A stretch of DNA of 10,281 nt from Opitutia bacterium (GTDB taxonomy: Bacteria > Verrucomicrobiota > Verrucomicrobiia > Opitutales > Opitutaceae). How positions within the stretch are numbered: position 1 is the stretch's first letter; each line of letters starts with the position of its first letter. Below are positions 9,407 through 10,281 of the stretch, one piece after another. Made by a program: the position numbers and the translations under genes. The DNA lies in assembly GCA_025351035.1 (NCBI GenBank), contig JANXWT010000347.1:1-10281 (forward strand). The letters are read 5' to 3'. The notes below the pieces were generated by a model that was not told the origin of the DNA, made no database searches, and saw only the letters and a program-made list of their open reading frames with translations.

Positions 9407-10273
9407 TCAATTCGCAAAAAGTGAAGTCATCGCCAGGTCCGACCACTCGCCGAGGACGCGCGATTCGATCTTCCAACCCGGCGCAGCCGCGGCGAACACG
9501 CCCTGCACTTGCTCCAGTTCGCGGCTGAGGATTCCGCTCAACCCCAACTCGCCACCGGGGGCCACCGCACCGATCAGCTCCTTCGTGAACCGCATCAGCA
9601 CGTCAGCTTGGATGTTCGCCAGCACGAGTTCGGCCTGACGCCCCGCGAGTCCGCTCACGAGGTCGCTGGTGAAAAATTCTACCGCGTCGCCGACGTCGTT
9701 GAGCGCCGCGTTCTCTTTGCTGACTTGCACCGACTCCGGATCGTTGTCGAAACCCGCCACGTGCGCGAATCCCAGCTTCGCCGCCGACAGTGCGAGGATG
9801 CCCGAGCCGCAGCCCGCATCGAGCACGCGCCCCGTCGTCCCGTATCGTTCGGCAAAACTCACGAGCCTCTCGCTGCACAGCCGCGTCGTCTCGTGGTTGC
9901 CCGTGCCGAACGCCATGCCCGGATCGAGCCAGATTACAGTCTCGCCCGGCGGCAGCTTGAAGCGCTCGCGCTCCCACACCGGCACCCAGTTGAGCCGCCC
10001 GAATTTCCACGCCTTGAAATGCGCCTTGTAGCTCTCCTTCCAGTCGCGGTCGGCCAGCTCGTGCAGCTCCGGTTCGCCAAGGAGGCACTCGGGGTCGAGC
10101 AGCGCCGCGAGTTCGTTCCACGCGGTCTTCGCCGCAACGGCCTCGTCGAAATATCCCGTCACCCACGCGCGCCCCGACGGCTTGTCCTCGAGGATCATCA
10201 TCCGCTGCTCCTCGCGCTCGGCGAGGAGTTCCTCGATCTCGGCCGCCGCGGTGAGCGACACTTCAACTTTCAA
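9407..10273 (-). CDS. prmA: Ribosomal protein L11 methyltransferase
   Basis: 288 aa. The PrmA signature LDPGMAFGTGNHETTRLC matches E. coli MLDPGLAFGTGTHPTTSLC; the SAM-binding glycine motif is VLDAGCGSGILALSAA; DNDPESV and VLANI follow; N-terminus MKVEVSL is like E. coli MPWIQLKL. The start codon lies 8 nt from the window end, so the gene is essentially complete. Confidence 0.9.
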   Translation of the reverse strand: MKVEVSLTAAAEIEELLAEREEQRMMILEDKPSGRAWVTGYFDEAVAAKTAWNELAALLDPECLLGEPELHELADRDWKESYKAHFKAWKFGRLNWVPVWERERFKLPPGETVIWLDPGMAFGTGNHETTRLCSERLVSFAERYGTTGRVLDAGCGSGILALSAAKLGFAHVAGFDNDPESVQVSKENAALNDVGDAVEFFTSDLVSGLAGRQAELVLANIQADVLMRFTKELIGAVAPGGELGLSGILSRELEQVQGVFAAAAPGWKIESRVLGEWSDLAMTSLFAN

Positions 10274-10281
10274 TTCGACGA

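Overview
This is a GC-rich (roughly 60-65% by eye) bacterial chromosomal window with eight protein-coding genes and no RNA genes, mobile elements or CRISPR arrays. Seven genes are on the + strand. In order they are: a large hybrid sensor histidine kinase with two PAS domains and two receiver domains, whose frame is open to the window start so it is probably 5'-partial; a signal-peptide-bearing amidohydrolase-family enzyme 46 bp downstream; then, after a 380-bp AT-rich intergenic region, accB (TTG start) and accC of acetyl-CoA carboxylase, followed by a clean intrinsic terminator; a secreted CpcT/CpeT-like (DUF1001, lipocalin-fold) protein; and a 601-aa membrane-anchored SPFH/flotillin-family protein. 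On the - strand, converging on the flotillin gene, is prmA (ribosomal protein L11 methyltransferase), which begins 8 bp inside the window end. The lineage cannot be assigned from sequence alone; none of the ATG/GTG/TTG starts has a recognisable GGAGG-type Shine-Dalgarno sequence, so an SD-poor phylum is possible. The region looks like core housekeeping plus membrane/sensory genes rather than an accessory island, and I see no defence, toxin or mobile system. The most unusual sequence-level signals are a perfectly phased 10-bp A/T-tract array (curved DNA) in front of accBC, two hairpins in the 60-nt accB-accC spacer (one enclosing the accB stop codon), and a cyanobacterial-type bilin-lyase-fold protein carrying a secretion signal next to a long flotillin.
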